A stretch of 53,467 nucleotides of DNA, taken from Octopus bimaculoides (taxonomy: Eukaryota). The notes below the pieces were generated by a model. That model ran no database searches and was not told the origin of the DNA. It saw only the letters and a list, made by a program, of their open reading frames with translations. Position numbers and translations under genes: made by a program. Position 1 is the stretch's first letter, and each line of letters opens with the position of its first letter. Where the stretch lies: NCBI RefSeq assembly GCF_001194135.2, contig NC_069000.1:37539318-37592784 (forward strand), read 5' to 3'. Positions 11,887-24,549 of the stretch are shown here, piece by piece.

Positions 11887-12849
11887 CAAATAATACACCT
11901 ATATAGAGAGAAACGTATGTATATACATAACGTACACATACGTGTACACACACACAAACATATATATATATATATATATACATATATACATACATACAGG
12001 CATATCCAGCTGTAAACATATATATAGATATATACATGCATGTATGNNNNNNNNNNNNNNNNNNNNNNNNNNNNNNNNNNNNNNNNNNNNNNNNNNNNNN
12101 NNNNNNNNNNNNNNNNNNNNNNNNNNNNNNNNNNNNNNNNNNNNNNNNNNNNNNNNNNNNNNNNNNNNNNNNNNNNNNNNNNNNNNNNNNNNNNNNNNNN
12201 NNNNNNNNNNNNNNNNNNNNNNNNNNNNNNNNNNNNNNNNNNNNNNNNNNNNNNNNNNNNNNNNNNNNNNNNNNNNNNNNNNNNNNNNNNNNNNNNNNNN
12301 NNNNNNNNNNNNNNNNNNNNNNNNNNNNNNNNNNNNNNNNNNNNNNNNNNNNNNNNNNNNNNNNNNNNNNNNNNNNNNNNNNNNNNNNNNNNNNNNNNNN
12401 NNNNNNNNNNNNNNNNNNNNNNNNNNNNNNNNNNNNNNNNNNNNNNNNNNNNNNNNNNNNNNNNNNNNNNNNNNNNNNNNNNNNNTATCATGTATGTGTA
12501 TGAGTATATATATATATATGTGTGTGTACATATATGAATATATATATATATATGTATACATGTATAAATGTACACACACACACATACAAACATGTATACA
12601 CAGACACACACATACAAACAAACATCTCCTTCCCGATCCCCCCCCCCCTGCTCGAGATTGATAAAATAGTTCCACTCAGGCACCCGGGGTCCATGTCATC
12701 GACTCGCCCCTCTACCGAAATTTTCTTTCCTTGTTCCAAAATTAGAAAGAATTATTCCTGCTGTCTTAACCTCCTTCCAGCAACCACCATATTAACCCAA
12801 TAACAAATAGATTGGCAACTTTACTGGCAACTTTATTTGTTATCAACAG

Positions 12850-13884
12850 CAGTGGTTCTCTCCCGGGGTTCATCGGACCCTTGAGGGTACATATAAGATT
12901 TTGCGGTTAAAATTTATGTACAATAAACTGGAGAAGAATTCTGGTTTAAGTACCCCCATATAACACCTCGTAACTATTTAATTTTTTTTATTTTGGGGAA
13001 TTTTCAGAAACATTTTGCGACTTATATCTTAAGCCTAGTACTTATTTCATCGGTCTCTTTTGCCGAACTGCTAGTTTACGGGGATGTAAACACACCAGCA
13101 CCGGTTGTCAAGCGGTGATGGGGGGACGAACAGACACAAAAACACACACGCATGAATATATACCTGGGTGTACGACGGGCTTTTAATTTCCGTTTGCCCG
13201 ACTCTATAGTAGAAGATTGTCCAAGATGCCGCGCAGGGGGACTGAATCCGGAACCATGTGGTTGGGAAGTAAGTTTCTTACTACACAGCTACGCCTGCGC
13301 CTATAAATTGCTTTAAAAAAATTGTGTGTGATTTGAGGGCGATTTGGCTATTGTTTTTAGCATATCTCACGACCACCTGATATCTTCTTCGTTTCTTTAT
13401 CACTCTGACATGCATTGACGTTTCTTAATATTTCTCTCCCCATAAACACATTTAATAGAATGATGATGGTCCATTGCTGAGATTTAAGCAAAAAAATTCA
13501 GAATGCCCGCATTTTAAACTCTGATTAAAAACATAAAACATTCATGGAGATGGAGGAGTTAAGAATTATTTTTTTAATTTGTCCTAATCGCATGAATTCC
13601 CGTGTGTAGAACACACATTCGCCAAAAATTTCTGAAAATTCCAAAAACTAAAAATGTTATGAGAGGTTATATATGGGGGTGATGAAACCAGAATTTCCGC
13701 CAAAATTGGTTATATTTCTAGAGTACACAAAACATTTTAACAATTCTTTTGAAATGTAATTTCTAATAATATTTTATAAAAATTTAAAGGCTTTTTTAAA
13801 TCGAATTACTATGAAGATCAACTCGAGTAGAATAGGAATCAACGGGGTCCACTGATAATTTTTTAAAATGGCTGAGAACCACTG
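12850..13884 (+). mobile_element. Non-autonomous hAT element with nested insertions
   Basis: TIRs cagtggttctc...gagaaccactg. 8-bp TSD atcaacag/atcaacaa (7/8). Confidence 0.85.
12935..13700. mobile_element. Inverted-repeat element (~75-bp imperfect TIRs) nested in the hAT element and itself carrying a SINE-B
   Basis: ttctggtttaagtacccccatataac...gaattttcagaaacattttgcga versus tcgccaaaaatttctgaaaattcc...tatatgggggtgatgaaaccagaa. Confidence 0.7.
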
Positions 13885-14098
13885 ATCAACAAGTTATAAC
13901 CTTAGAATTTGAACTATGCTTTGTTATTAGATATTGCATTTGGTATGATACACAGTTGTCTATTTTAATTAGTTTGTTGTTTCAATTTTTTTCCTATATC
14001 ATATTTTATATCTTTATGTGTTTTCTTATAGAATATTCTTTAAAACTGAATATTTTCTCTTATTTTTATAGGTTTGCTGTTAAAGTATCGAAGCGAAT

Positions 14099-16789
14099 AT
14101 GTTAAATTGGTGGTCGTTGGTGTTTATGGTGTTATTAGCTGTATCGAACTGTCAAGATCTCACGTATACAGTAATGGAAGGTGAAAAACCAGGAACTTAC
14201 CTTGGAAATATAGCTTTTGATACGAGTCTCATGAAAAATGTTCAGACAGAGGAAATGAATCTGAGATTTATTCTACTAAAACCAGCACATTCCACTGAAC
14301 ATCAACAATTGTTTAAGGTTAATGAAAAGACTGGTAAATTCTACACAGCACAAGTGATTGATGCGGAAGCAGTTTGTACACAAGGGTCAGAATGTTTCCA
14401 AATGGTTGATGTCATTGTTCAGGATGGGGAAGCTCTCTTGAAAATATTGAAAATTAAAATTATCATCGAAGATATCAACGATAACAAACCGATATTTCCT
14501 CGTAGAAATATAAATTTATATTTTTCTGAGGGTGGGAGCGGAATGAGAAAATCAATTCCAAATGCTGTCGACCAAGATATTAGTGAAAAAAATTCAAAGA
14601 TAAGTTATCATCTTCAATCAAAGAATAATGAAACATTTTCATTGATTGTCACAGAGCGAATTGATGGAACATCAAAATTAAGCATCAACGTCAACAAAAA
14701 ACTTGACCGTGAAGTACGAAGTAGTTACGTTTTAGAAATCATTGCACAAGATGGCGGCCAACCGCCTTTACAGACACAATTGAATGTCAATATTTCAGTG
14801 ACAGATGTAAATGATAATGCACCTGTATTCATGCAAGATGTCTATAATGTGACAATCAAAAATGAGTTAAATGAACAGGCACCCATAATCACGGTGTCTG
14901 CAACTGATGCAGATAAAGACGAAAATGGCAAAGTGTCTTATCGATTTAGTTCAAGAACATCAGAAATAACGCTTTCTCATTTTCAATTGAATGAAACTAC
15001 TGGAGAAATATTTTTCCGTCGGATATTTTCTTCAAGTGAAAAATATATGCATTTGTTTATCGAAGCTTATGATGGGGCCAACCCGCCTTTAAGTGTTATA
15101 GGAATGGTACAAGTTAATATACAATACACAACGAACAATCCACCAGAAATAAGGATTAATTTTGTATCTTCTGTAACACCAAACACTGCAATAGTCAGCG
15201 AGGCTATAAGTGAAGGCAGTTTTATTGCTTACGTTCAAGTTTTTGACCATGATGTGGGAAATAACGGACAAGTCAGTTGTAATTTAAGACACGATCATTT
15301 CCAACTTCAGAGCCTCGGGAAAACAGGATATAAAGTTATCGTAAAGAAAAAAATTGATAGGGAAAAAAAAGATAACTTTAACGTCACTGTCACATGTCAA
15401 GATAAAGGAACCCCAGCCTTGTTCACGGATTATTCCTTCTTAATTGAAGTATCAGATATCAACGATAATGCACCATTATTTGAAAAGTCCTCATACGCCG
15501 CTTCTTTCTTTGAAAATAACGTTATAGGTTTATCAATTGTGAAGGTGTCGGCATATGATAAGGACAAAAGGGAAAATGCTCAAATTACTTACTTCCTTCA
15601 ATCTGATTTACCATTTAGCATTGGTAAACTGTCGGGTATTATAAGAGCAAAAACTTCTTTCGATCGAGAAGTGAGCTCTTTTCTAACTTTCCCTGTATTT
15701 GCTAAAGATCAGGGAAATCCATCATTAACTGGCAGCACTACACTTACGGTATCTATCCTTGATGTTAATGATATGTCGCCTAAATTCACACAGCCAACAT
15801 TCGAATTTTCAACTTACGAAAACCAACAACCAAATTTTCCTGTTGGGCTTATAAATGCTACCGATGCCGATCAAGGTTTAAATAGTCAGCTTACTTATTC
15901 ATTGATCAGGAACAAAGGCAGCTTTATTCCTTTTCAAATTTCTAACGATGGATTTCTGTCAGTTGTTCAAGTTCTAGATCGCGAACTCCAGCCAGAATAT
16001 CGCTTCAAAGTTTTAGTCAACGACAAAGGTTCACCAAGTTTAAACAATAGCGTTAATGTCCGCGTAAAAGTCATTGACGAAAACGATAACTCACCGGAGT
16101 TCGTATTCCCGAGTGGAAATAATTTTAGCATGACTGTCTATTATCAACGTTATACCAATAAAGAAATCAGCATTGTGCAGGCGCATGACAATGATGTTGG
16201 CAAAAATGCCGTTCTTCGATACAACATCATTGGAGGAAATGAGAAAAAGTTATTTGACATTGATAAAATCAAAGGATCCATATATTTTGCACGTGCTGCA
16301 ACAGTACAAGACTCCGGTTTGTACAAATTACAACTTGTAGTATTCGATTCTGGTGAGCCTATGAATTCAGCCGAGTCTAATCTTTCATTGAGCATTATTG
16401 TAAACAATGATACTGCATCAATCAACAAAGGTTTTGAACATCACACGGGCATCATGCTACAGCACAATCTCCTAATTGTTATTGTGTTAACGGTTATTAC
16501 GGTATCAGTGGCTGTTATCGTCATAACCACTATTTGTGTCATTCGACGAAATGACATTCGAAATGCGACGACGAATACACAAGTTTCGAATAACAGCGAC
16601 CATTCCCAGACTTTATCAAAACAGTTTACTTTCAATTCGGATCCCTCTTTGAGGGTACCAAAGGGCAATGGTCGACGAAATCGGTGTGGATATAACTATT
16701 CTACGGTGCCAGAGGATCTTGGTCTTGGATGTAACACTTCAGCTATTTCAGAAAACTCTAATCACTCAACGGGAGTCAATAAAGCACAG
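14099..16789 (+). CDS. Protocadherin coding exon 1: signal peptide, 7 extracellular cadherin repeats, transmembrane helix and juxtamembrane tail (897 codons)
   Basis: The ORF has MLNWWSLVFMVLLAVSNC (signal), linkers DINDNKP, DVNDNAP, TTNNPP, DINDNAP, DVNDMSP and DENDNSP, DRE/DxD/xDxG motifs, and TM LLIVIVLTVITVSVAVIVITTICVI (~16469-16543). Acceptor ttttatag|G at 14071/14072 lies 27 nt before the ATG. Donor CAG|GTAAGA at 16789/16790 is phase 0. Confidence 0.96.
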
Positions 16790-16811
16790 GTAAGACTTCA
16801 AAACACGCACG

Positions 16812-16868
<57 letters not shown>

Positions 16869-18162
16869 NNNNNNNNNNNNNNNNNNNNNNNNNNNNNNNN
16901 NNNNNNNNNNNNNNNNNNNNNNNNNNNNNNNNNNNNNNNNNNNNNNNNNNNNNNNNNNNNNNNNNNNNNNNNNNNNNNNNNNNNNNNNNNNNNNNNNNNN
17001 NNNNNNNNNNNNNNNNNNNNNNNNNNNNNNNNNNNNNNNNNNNNNNNNNNNNNNNNNNNNNNNNNNNNNNNNNNNNNNNNNNNNNNNNNNNNNNNNNNNN
17101 NNNNNNNNNNNNNNNNNNNNNNNNNNNNNNNNNNNNNNNNNNNNNNNNNNNNNNNNGACATACCACAACATACACACACCATCTCCACCATCACACACAC
17201 ACACACCATCTCCACTATCACACACACACACACACACACGAGGCCACCACCGCCACCACAGACATACCACAACATACACCATCACGCGCGCGCACACACA
17301 CACACACACATACACACACTAAACCACCACTGCATACACACACCATCACCACCACCATCACGCACGCACACATACACGCAAATAAATAAGCAAATATATC
17401 CATACACACATATATTTGTTTAACTTGGAATCACAAGATCCCGAATTCAAAGGGGACACTTTGCCTGGTGTGCAATTAGAAATTCATTCTCTAACACAAT
17501 AATAACTCTCGGAATGTTCATATACCCCCATTACCTATTTTCTCTCTCTTCGATTGCATTGTCTACATAAACGTATTCGTATACGAACCGCTGTAACTTT
17601 CAGCGCTGGCTCTAAATTCTATAGAAAATTCATAGAGATAAACTTTAAACTGAGAATATCGCACTGCTAACACAAGATAAGACACAATATTGACTTGTAA
17701 ACTTGTAAATATATTTGGTAGTATATTATGGTTGCAAAACGAAATACTGTGTCCTTGCTAGTAATTAAAAAAGTTAGTATGGTTATCAAGAAATTTTTAT
17801 TACTTTAGCTCCATGGAATCGTTTCATTGCTTTACAGTAATTGTATTAACACTTCGTCCGGGAAATTTGCATCGGTTTAAAAAAAAAAAAAAAAGACTTA
17901 AGTTTGTAGATAACAACCAAAATTAACATTGAATGAAAATGGGAATAGACAAATAATAATAATAATAATGATGATGATGATGATGATGATGATACAAAAC
18001 GGTAAAGGAGAAAGGGCAGAGAGATGAATTCGCGAGAGGAAAATGAGTTTGAATGATGTCAATGGTCATTAGTGTTGGTCTATAACAGCGATCCGCATCC
18101 TTTTTTTGCTTAGATTCGGCGGCACACCTAAACTAAAAGTATAGCATTCCAACGGTCCCGCC

Positions 18163-18264
18163 AAGGCAAAGTCGATCTCGGCGGAATTTGAACGCAGAAT
18201 GTAAAGACGGACGAAATACCAATGAGCATTTTTCCCAACGTGCTAACGATTCCGCCAGCTTGCG
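18163..18264 (-). mobile_element. SINE family A, partial (further partial copies at 20113-20225 and 23131-23274, both minus)
   Basis: Head plus the start of the core, by alignment to 8754-8984. Confidence 0.8.
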
Positions 18265-18532
18265 ATCTTAGTAAAACTAATATTAATAATGCTTAAGTAA
18301 ATATTATTGCGGAGTCAGGCTAGATAGAAGAGACCGTCTGGGTTAAACACTAGCTTGTAGTAGTGAATGTCAGGGACAAAAATTGGCGTATAGGAGGCCC
18401 AACTTCGCATGTAGGACCAAGGATGATTTTTTTTTTAGACAACTTCAGGGGAAAAAAATGCATCTTATATACCATCAGACATGATATCATGTGAAAATAG
18501 AAATATTTTGCAACCTATTGAGTTGCTTCTAA

Positions 18533-18972
18533 TCCATATGACCAGGGTTCATATGACCCTTGGGGGAGGGGCATATAAGACTTTGTTAAAATTTATGTGC
18601 AATAAATTGGTTATATGAGGGGTTGCTGAAAAGTTCCTGGCTAAAAGAAAATACAGGAGGATCAGTTAATTATGATTTTATTCAACATATTCCCTTCTCA
18701 GATTCACACATTTATTGCAGCAGTCCTTCAGTTTTTCTAAGCCCTGTAAAAGAATTGGGAAGGTTGGGCCTCCAACCAGGCCTTTCACGACACCCTTAAA
18801 GTCAGGAACTTTTCGGAACTATAATACACGAAATGTTTCAACATTGTTTTAAACCAATTCCTAATAATATTTAATCATAAAAATACAATAGGGGTTTTCT
18901 TAAATACCAAATGGCTATGGAGGTCTAGGGGAGTAAAATAGGGATCGAAGGGATCCATAGTCAAGAACCACT
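18533..18972 (+). mobile_element. hAT MITE of the 12850 family with a nested mariner-type MITE (18614-18814)
   Basis: Shared internal sequence and the end aagaaccact. The nested element starts TA-tgaggggttgctgaaaagttcctggct and ends aaagtcaggaacttttc. Confidence 0.75.
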
Positions 18973-20287
18973 TCTTTAGATGTATTTATTTCAAGAAACA
19001 GCCAAGCTTCTTTCTCCGTTTTACATNNNNNNNNNNNNNNNNNNNNNNNNNNNNNNNNNNNNNNNNNNNNNNNNNNNNNNNNNNNNNNNNNNNNNNNNNN
19101 NNNNNNNNNNNNNNNNNNNNNNNNNNNNNNNNNNNNNNNNNNNNNNNNNNNNNNNNNNNNNNNNNNNNNNNNNNNNNNNNNNNNNNNNNNNNNNNNNNNN
19201 NNNNNNNNNNNNNNNNNNNNNNNNNNNNNNNNNNNNNNNNNNNNNNNNNNNNNNNNNNNNNNNNNNNNNNNNNNNNNNNNNNNNNNNNNNNNNNNNNNNN
19301 NNNNNNNNNNNNNNNNNNNNNNNNNNNNNNNNNNNNNNNNNNNNNNNNNNNNNNNNNNNNNNNNNNNNNNNNNNNNNNNNNNNNNNNNNNNNNNNNNNNN
19401 NNNNNNNNNNNNNNNNNNNNNNNNNNNNNNNNNNNNNNNNNNNNNNNNNNNNNNNNNNNNNNNNNNNNNNNNNNNNNNNNNNNNNNNNNNNNNNNNNNNN
19501 NNNNNNNNNNNNNNNNNNNNNNNNNNNNNNNNNNNNNNNNNNNNNNNNNNNNNNNNNNNNNNNNNNNNNNNNNNNNNNNNNNNNNNNNNNNNNNNNNNNN
19601 NNNNNNNNNNNNNNNNNNNNNNNNNAGATTTGGTGGACGGAAACTAAAAGAAGCCCGTCATGTGTGTGTGTGTGTGCGCGCGCGCGCGTCTCCCACTACC
19701 GCTTGACAATCGGTGTTGGTGTGTTTACGTTTCTGTAACCTAGCGGTTTGACAAAAAGAAACCGATAGAATAAACCCAGGATTTAAAAAATAAATAAATA
19801 CCGGGGTCGATTCGTTCGACTAAAATTCTTCAAGGCGGTGCTCCAGCATGGCCGCAGTAAATGACAAAAGATAAAGTGGTACAGGACATTATGAATCACT
19901 GCGTATAATGAATATTCGTTGATTGACACTGTCAGATTAGGCCTGTGAATAGGATAGAAACATAAGAGAGAGAGACTACCACACGGAGTAAAGCAACCGA
20001 TTCATACAAATACTGAAACAGCTGTTAAGTTGAATCGACTCACCTATAAATAACTGTCGGCCCAGAAGGTTCCAGAATACGTTTGGTGGCAAAATTTCGG
20101 CACAAAACCAGCAAAGGATGAAAGCTAAAGTCGATCTTAGCAGAATTTTAACTCAGAATGTAATGGCGGACGAAATGCCGTTAAGTATTTTGCCCAGTGT
20201 GCTAACGATTTGTCAGCTCGCCGCCATACTAGTACTGATTATTATTATTATAGAATGCAAATGTCTTGCAATATTTTATCACAGTCT

Positions 20288-20345
<58 letters not shown>

Positions 20346-20857
20346 AACAAACTCACAGGTAGCCCGTCCTCTACCTCATCGTTTAATATGCTAAAGATAG
20401 CAAGGATCACGAGTGCTTCAAAAGTGATTGCTTGTTCAACATAATTGTAATCTACGTCATCAAAAAGTTTGAAGAAACAAAATCGAGATGCGTGAAATAT
20501 CCGCCTCCACACATTTTTATCGCATTNNNNNNNNNNNNNNNNNNNNNNNNNNNNNNNNNNNNNNNNNNNNNNNNNNNNNNNNNNNNNNNNNNNNNNNNNN
20601 NNNNNNNNNNNNNNNNNNNNNNNNNNNNNNNNNNNNNNNNNNNNNNNNNNNNNNNNNNNNNNNNNNNNNNNNNNNNNNNNNNNNNNNNNNNNNNNNNNNN
20701 NNNNNNNNNNNNNNNNNNNNNNNNNNNNNNNNNNNNNNNNNNNNNNNNNNNNNNNNNNNNNNNNNNNNNNNNNNNNNNNNNNNNNNNNNNNNNNNNNNNN
20801 NNNNNNNNNNNNNNNNNNNNNNNNNNNNNNNNNNNNNNNNNNNNNNNNNNNNNNNNN

Positions 20858-20892
<35 letters not shown>

Positions 20893-21435
20893 CGACAGGC
20901 TTCTTTCCACTCACAAGGCTTTGGTCGGTCCGTGGCTATAGTAGAAGACACTTGCCCAAGGTGCCACGCAGTGGGAATGAACCCAGAACCATGTGGATGG
21001 TAAGCAAGCTACTTACCACACAACCACTCCTGCGCATACGTAATTTCTAGAAAATTTCATTAAAAAATACCCATTTTTCTGAAAGTTGTGAGGGATCAAA
21101 GTCGAGACGTGTGAGTTAGCTGAAATTCGTCTTCCCACGTCTCCGAAAAGGTTTTGCCACAACATAATCCGATAAAATCGTAATCTACACCATTTAAGCT
21201 GTTAGAATTCAGAAACTCCAAGAAAACTGCATGAAGGGTGTGAGTTTCAGAGTGGTCAAATGCTATCGATGAAGGACTGGCTGGTCATAGTATTAGTGCG
21301 GGACTTTAGGGTGGACACAGTCTGGGGAATGAAAGAAATAGAGACTTGTGCATTGAGAGTGGAGGTGACAGGAAACTAGTCTGCTCCAAGTTGTAGGGGG
21401 CCATCTTAGTAACACTTTGAGATGTGGATGAGCGT

Positions 21436-21723
21436 AAGGGCTGTTTAATACCCAGAAGCAACTCGTTAAGTTAACGTGCAAGTGGCTGAGCACTCCACAG
21501 ACACGTATACCCTTAACGTAGTTCTCAGGGAGATTCAGCGGGACACAGAATGGGACAAGGCTGGCCCTTTGAATTACACGTACAGTTTATTTTTGCCAGC
21601 CTGTAGAGTGGAGCAACGTGAAATAAAGTGCTTTGCTCAAGGATGCAACGCGTCGCCGGGAATTGAACTCACGACCTTACGATCTTGAGTCGAATACCCT
21701 TACCACTAAGCCATGCGCCTTCA
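21436..21723 (-). mobile_element. SINE family D (different head plus CORE-like block, 3' half shared with family C); second copy at 26656-26935(-)
   Basis: Minus head gtgaaggcgcatggcttagtggtaagggtattcgactc...gagttcaattccc, then ccttgagcaaagcactttatttcacgttgctcc, then the C-type block. Confidence 0.85.
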
Positions 21724-21993
21724 CCATACACACATACATACATACATAGATACATACATACACACACACACATATATATATACACATACATACATACATA
21801 CACACATACGTAATACAAACATACGTATCCACATATACATACATGCACACATATATACATACATACAGACAGACATATATATGCATACATACACACACAC
21901 ACATATATACATATACATACACATATATATATACATACATACAGACATACATATTCTTACATACACACATACACATATATACATACATACACA

Positions 21994-22025
<32 letters not shown>

Positions 22026-23558
22026 CACATACATGCTTTGCAAAATTTTAGATGTGAAATTGCCTGTTGAAACGTACTGTTTTGTTTTGTATGTATAGAC
22101 ACAGACGAGGAACTGAAAGCACCCAAAAACTATCCCCTCAACATCGCTAAGGCAAGGCATGTTGTGCTGATTTGGAAACACCCAAGCAGGTGGTTCAGTT
22201 AAAACGCTTTATTCCCTGGGTGGATCTTACTGAGGAGGGAAATGGGAGAAAGAGAATAAAGTACACTGAGGTGGCAGAATAATGTTAAAACAGTGGGTGT
22301 CAAAGAAGGTGAAATGCTGCTGAGTAGGATGCAAAGGGTTTGCAGACTAGTCCCTGTACAGAGCTTATAACCTGCTGGGCATCACGGAGAAGTATATTAA
22401 GTTGCCCGTAGAGGCAGTAGAGGTTGCCTCTGCATGGCTGTTAATCAAGGGGTGTGAGTCTTGAAAGGGGTTGTGCTAACTGGACACAAGTTGGGATCTG
22501 ATCAAACCTGGTCGGATTGGTGAATTTTAATCAAATGAATTGACCCCAGTACTTTTTTCTGTTTTTTTTTAGAACTGGTACTTATTCTATTGGTCTTTTT
22601 TGGGCGAACCATTAGGTTATAAGGATGTAAACACACCAACACCAGTTGTCAAGTGGTGAGGAGAGAGAAATGCACTTAAATACACACAAACACATGCACA
22701 CATATTTATAGATATATATCTGAGTTTGTCTGAGTGGAGTATAGAAGATTATATTAATCAATGAAATTCCAACTAAGTCTGATTTTCACGTTTTATTATT
22801 TGCAATTTTTACAATTTTACCATATTGAAATAAACTAGTACTTTCATGTGAACGCAATCGTCAGGTTTATGGAGTGACAGTCGCATTCCACTATTGAGAA
22901 CTGTCAATTGTGGAATATATATACTGGGCCTCTTTCAGTTTCCAAACACCAAATCCACTCACAAAGCTTTGGTCAGTCCAGGGTTTTAGTAGAAGACACT
23001 TGTCCAAGGTGCCACACAGTGGAACTGAACCCAGAACCATGTGGTTGGGAAGCAAGATTCTTACCACACAGCCACACATTACCATACATTTACACATTCA
23101 CAAATGCACACAGTTACGCCAATATACATATGCAACTGGTACTTAATTTATCGATCCCGAAAGGATGAAAAGCAAAGTCAACCTCGGCGGAATTTGAACT
23201 CAGAACATAGTGATGGACAAAGTACCACTAAGCATTTCACCCGGTGTGCTAATGATTCTGCCAGCTCACTGCCTTAGGTTCATCATTATATTCATAATTG
23301 AATCATAATTAAAGAGTATAATTAATGAGGATTGTGAGAATTTAACTGAATTACCAAAATGTCTGACTAAGTGCATGTTTCAGAATAATTAAATTATGAA
23401 TCATCTTACACCATGCATAAATCTACACATTATATAATTACTAAGCCTTAATGAATTTACAAAAATGATAAAGAACCTATTGTAAAAAAAACCCAACACG
23501 TGCAAATTGCAAGAAATTATTTTGTTTTGAAATGAGCTATTGTTATACGAGAGAAGTG

Positions 23559-23621
<63 letters not shown>

Positions 23622-23890
23622 TATATCATATATACATACATATATGTGTGTGTGTGTATATGCATAAAGATGCATACATATATATATATACACACACACA
23701 CACATATGTATATAATCTCGTAGGCATCGGTGTCGATTTTTTCTTCCTCCATTTTTCCATTCTTTGAACTTTCCTTGTTTCCGCCCAAAACGTCATACTC
23801 TCTCTCTTTCCTTTCTCGAGCGTCTAATAACACTATCCGTATCACGTCCTCACGTTGTCTTTTGTTATTGTTTTTTTGTCTTTTTTTGAA

Positions 23891-23940
<50 letters not shown>

Positions 23941-24208
23941 TATATATATATATATAGAAAGAGAGAGAGAGAGGGGGGAGACAGTCAGGCAGATAGAGAG
24001 TGAGAGAGAAAGGCTAGAATATTATTTTCTCACAGATGGGGGTTGGCAACAGGAAGGGCATCTGGCTGTAGAAAATGACTGCCCCCAACGTACTCTTGTC
24101 TGACCCCTGCAAGTATACAAAAATAGATGTTAAAACAATGATGATGTTATATCTCTATCTATTCATATCTATATACACATACATACATACATACATACAT
24201 ACATACAC

Positions 24209-24549
24209 ATCAGAGTGTAAGTATCTTGAGAGAAAAGCTGAACATTAGAAGCATCAGTTGCGGTGTGCAAGAGAGACGATTGCGCTGGTATGGACATGTG
24301 GTGAGAATGGATGAGGATAGCTGCGTGAAAAAGTGCCACACCCTAACAGTTGAGGGAACCCGTGGAAGAGGTAGGCCCAGGAAGACCTGGGCTGAGGTGG
24401 TGAGGCAAGACCTTCGTACATTGGGCCTCACCGAGGCGATGACTACTGACCGAGACCTTTGGAAATGTGCTGTGCGTGAGAAGACCCGGCAAGCCAAGTA
24501 AGATCGTTGCCAGTGCCCCTGGACTGGTTCTTGTGTGGGTGGCACATGA
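24209..24549 (+). mobile_element. 5'-truncated RTE-clade LINE (ORF C-terminus plus start of 3' UTR); decayed copy at ~25745-25990(-)
   Basis: LREKLNIRSISCGVQERRLRWYGHVVRM...RGRGRPRKTWAEVVRQDL is a typical RTE C-terminus. Confidence 0.9.

Noticed and set aside
16790-17389. Extension of the 1096-aa ORF into a His/Thr-rich tail
   Set aside because: It reads through a consensus donor into (CA)n and an N-gap; it is intronic.
21290-22500. G-rich stretches at 21290-21435 and 22150-22500 as exons
   Set aside because: There is no open frame or recognisable motif; probably old LINE debris, too weak to call.
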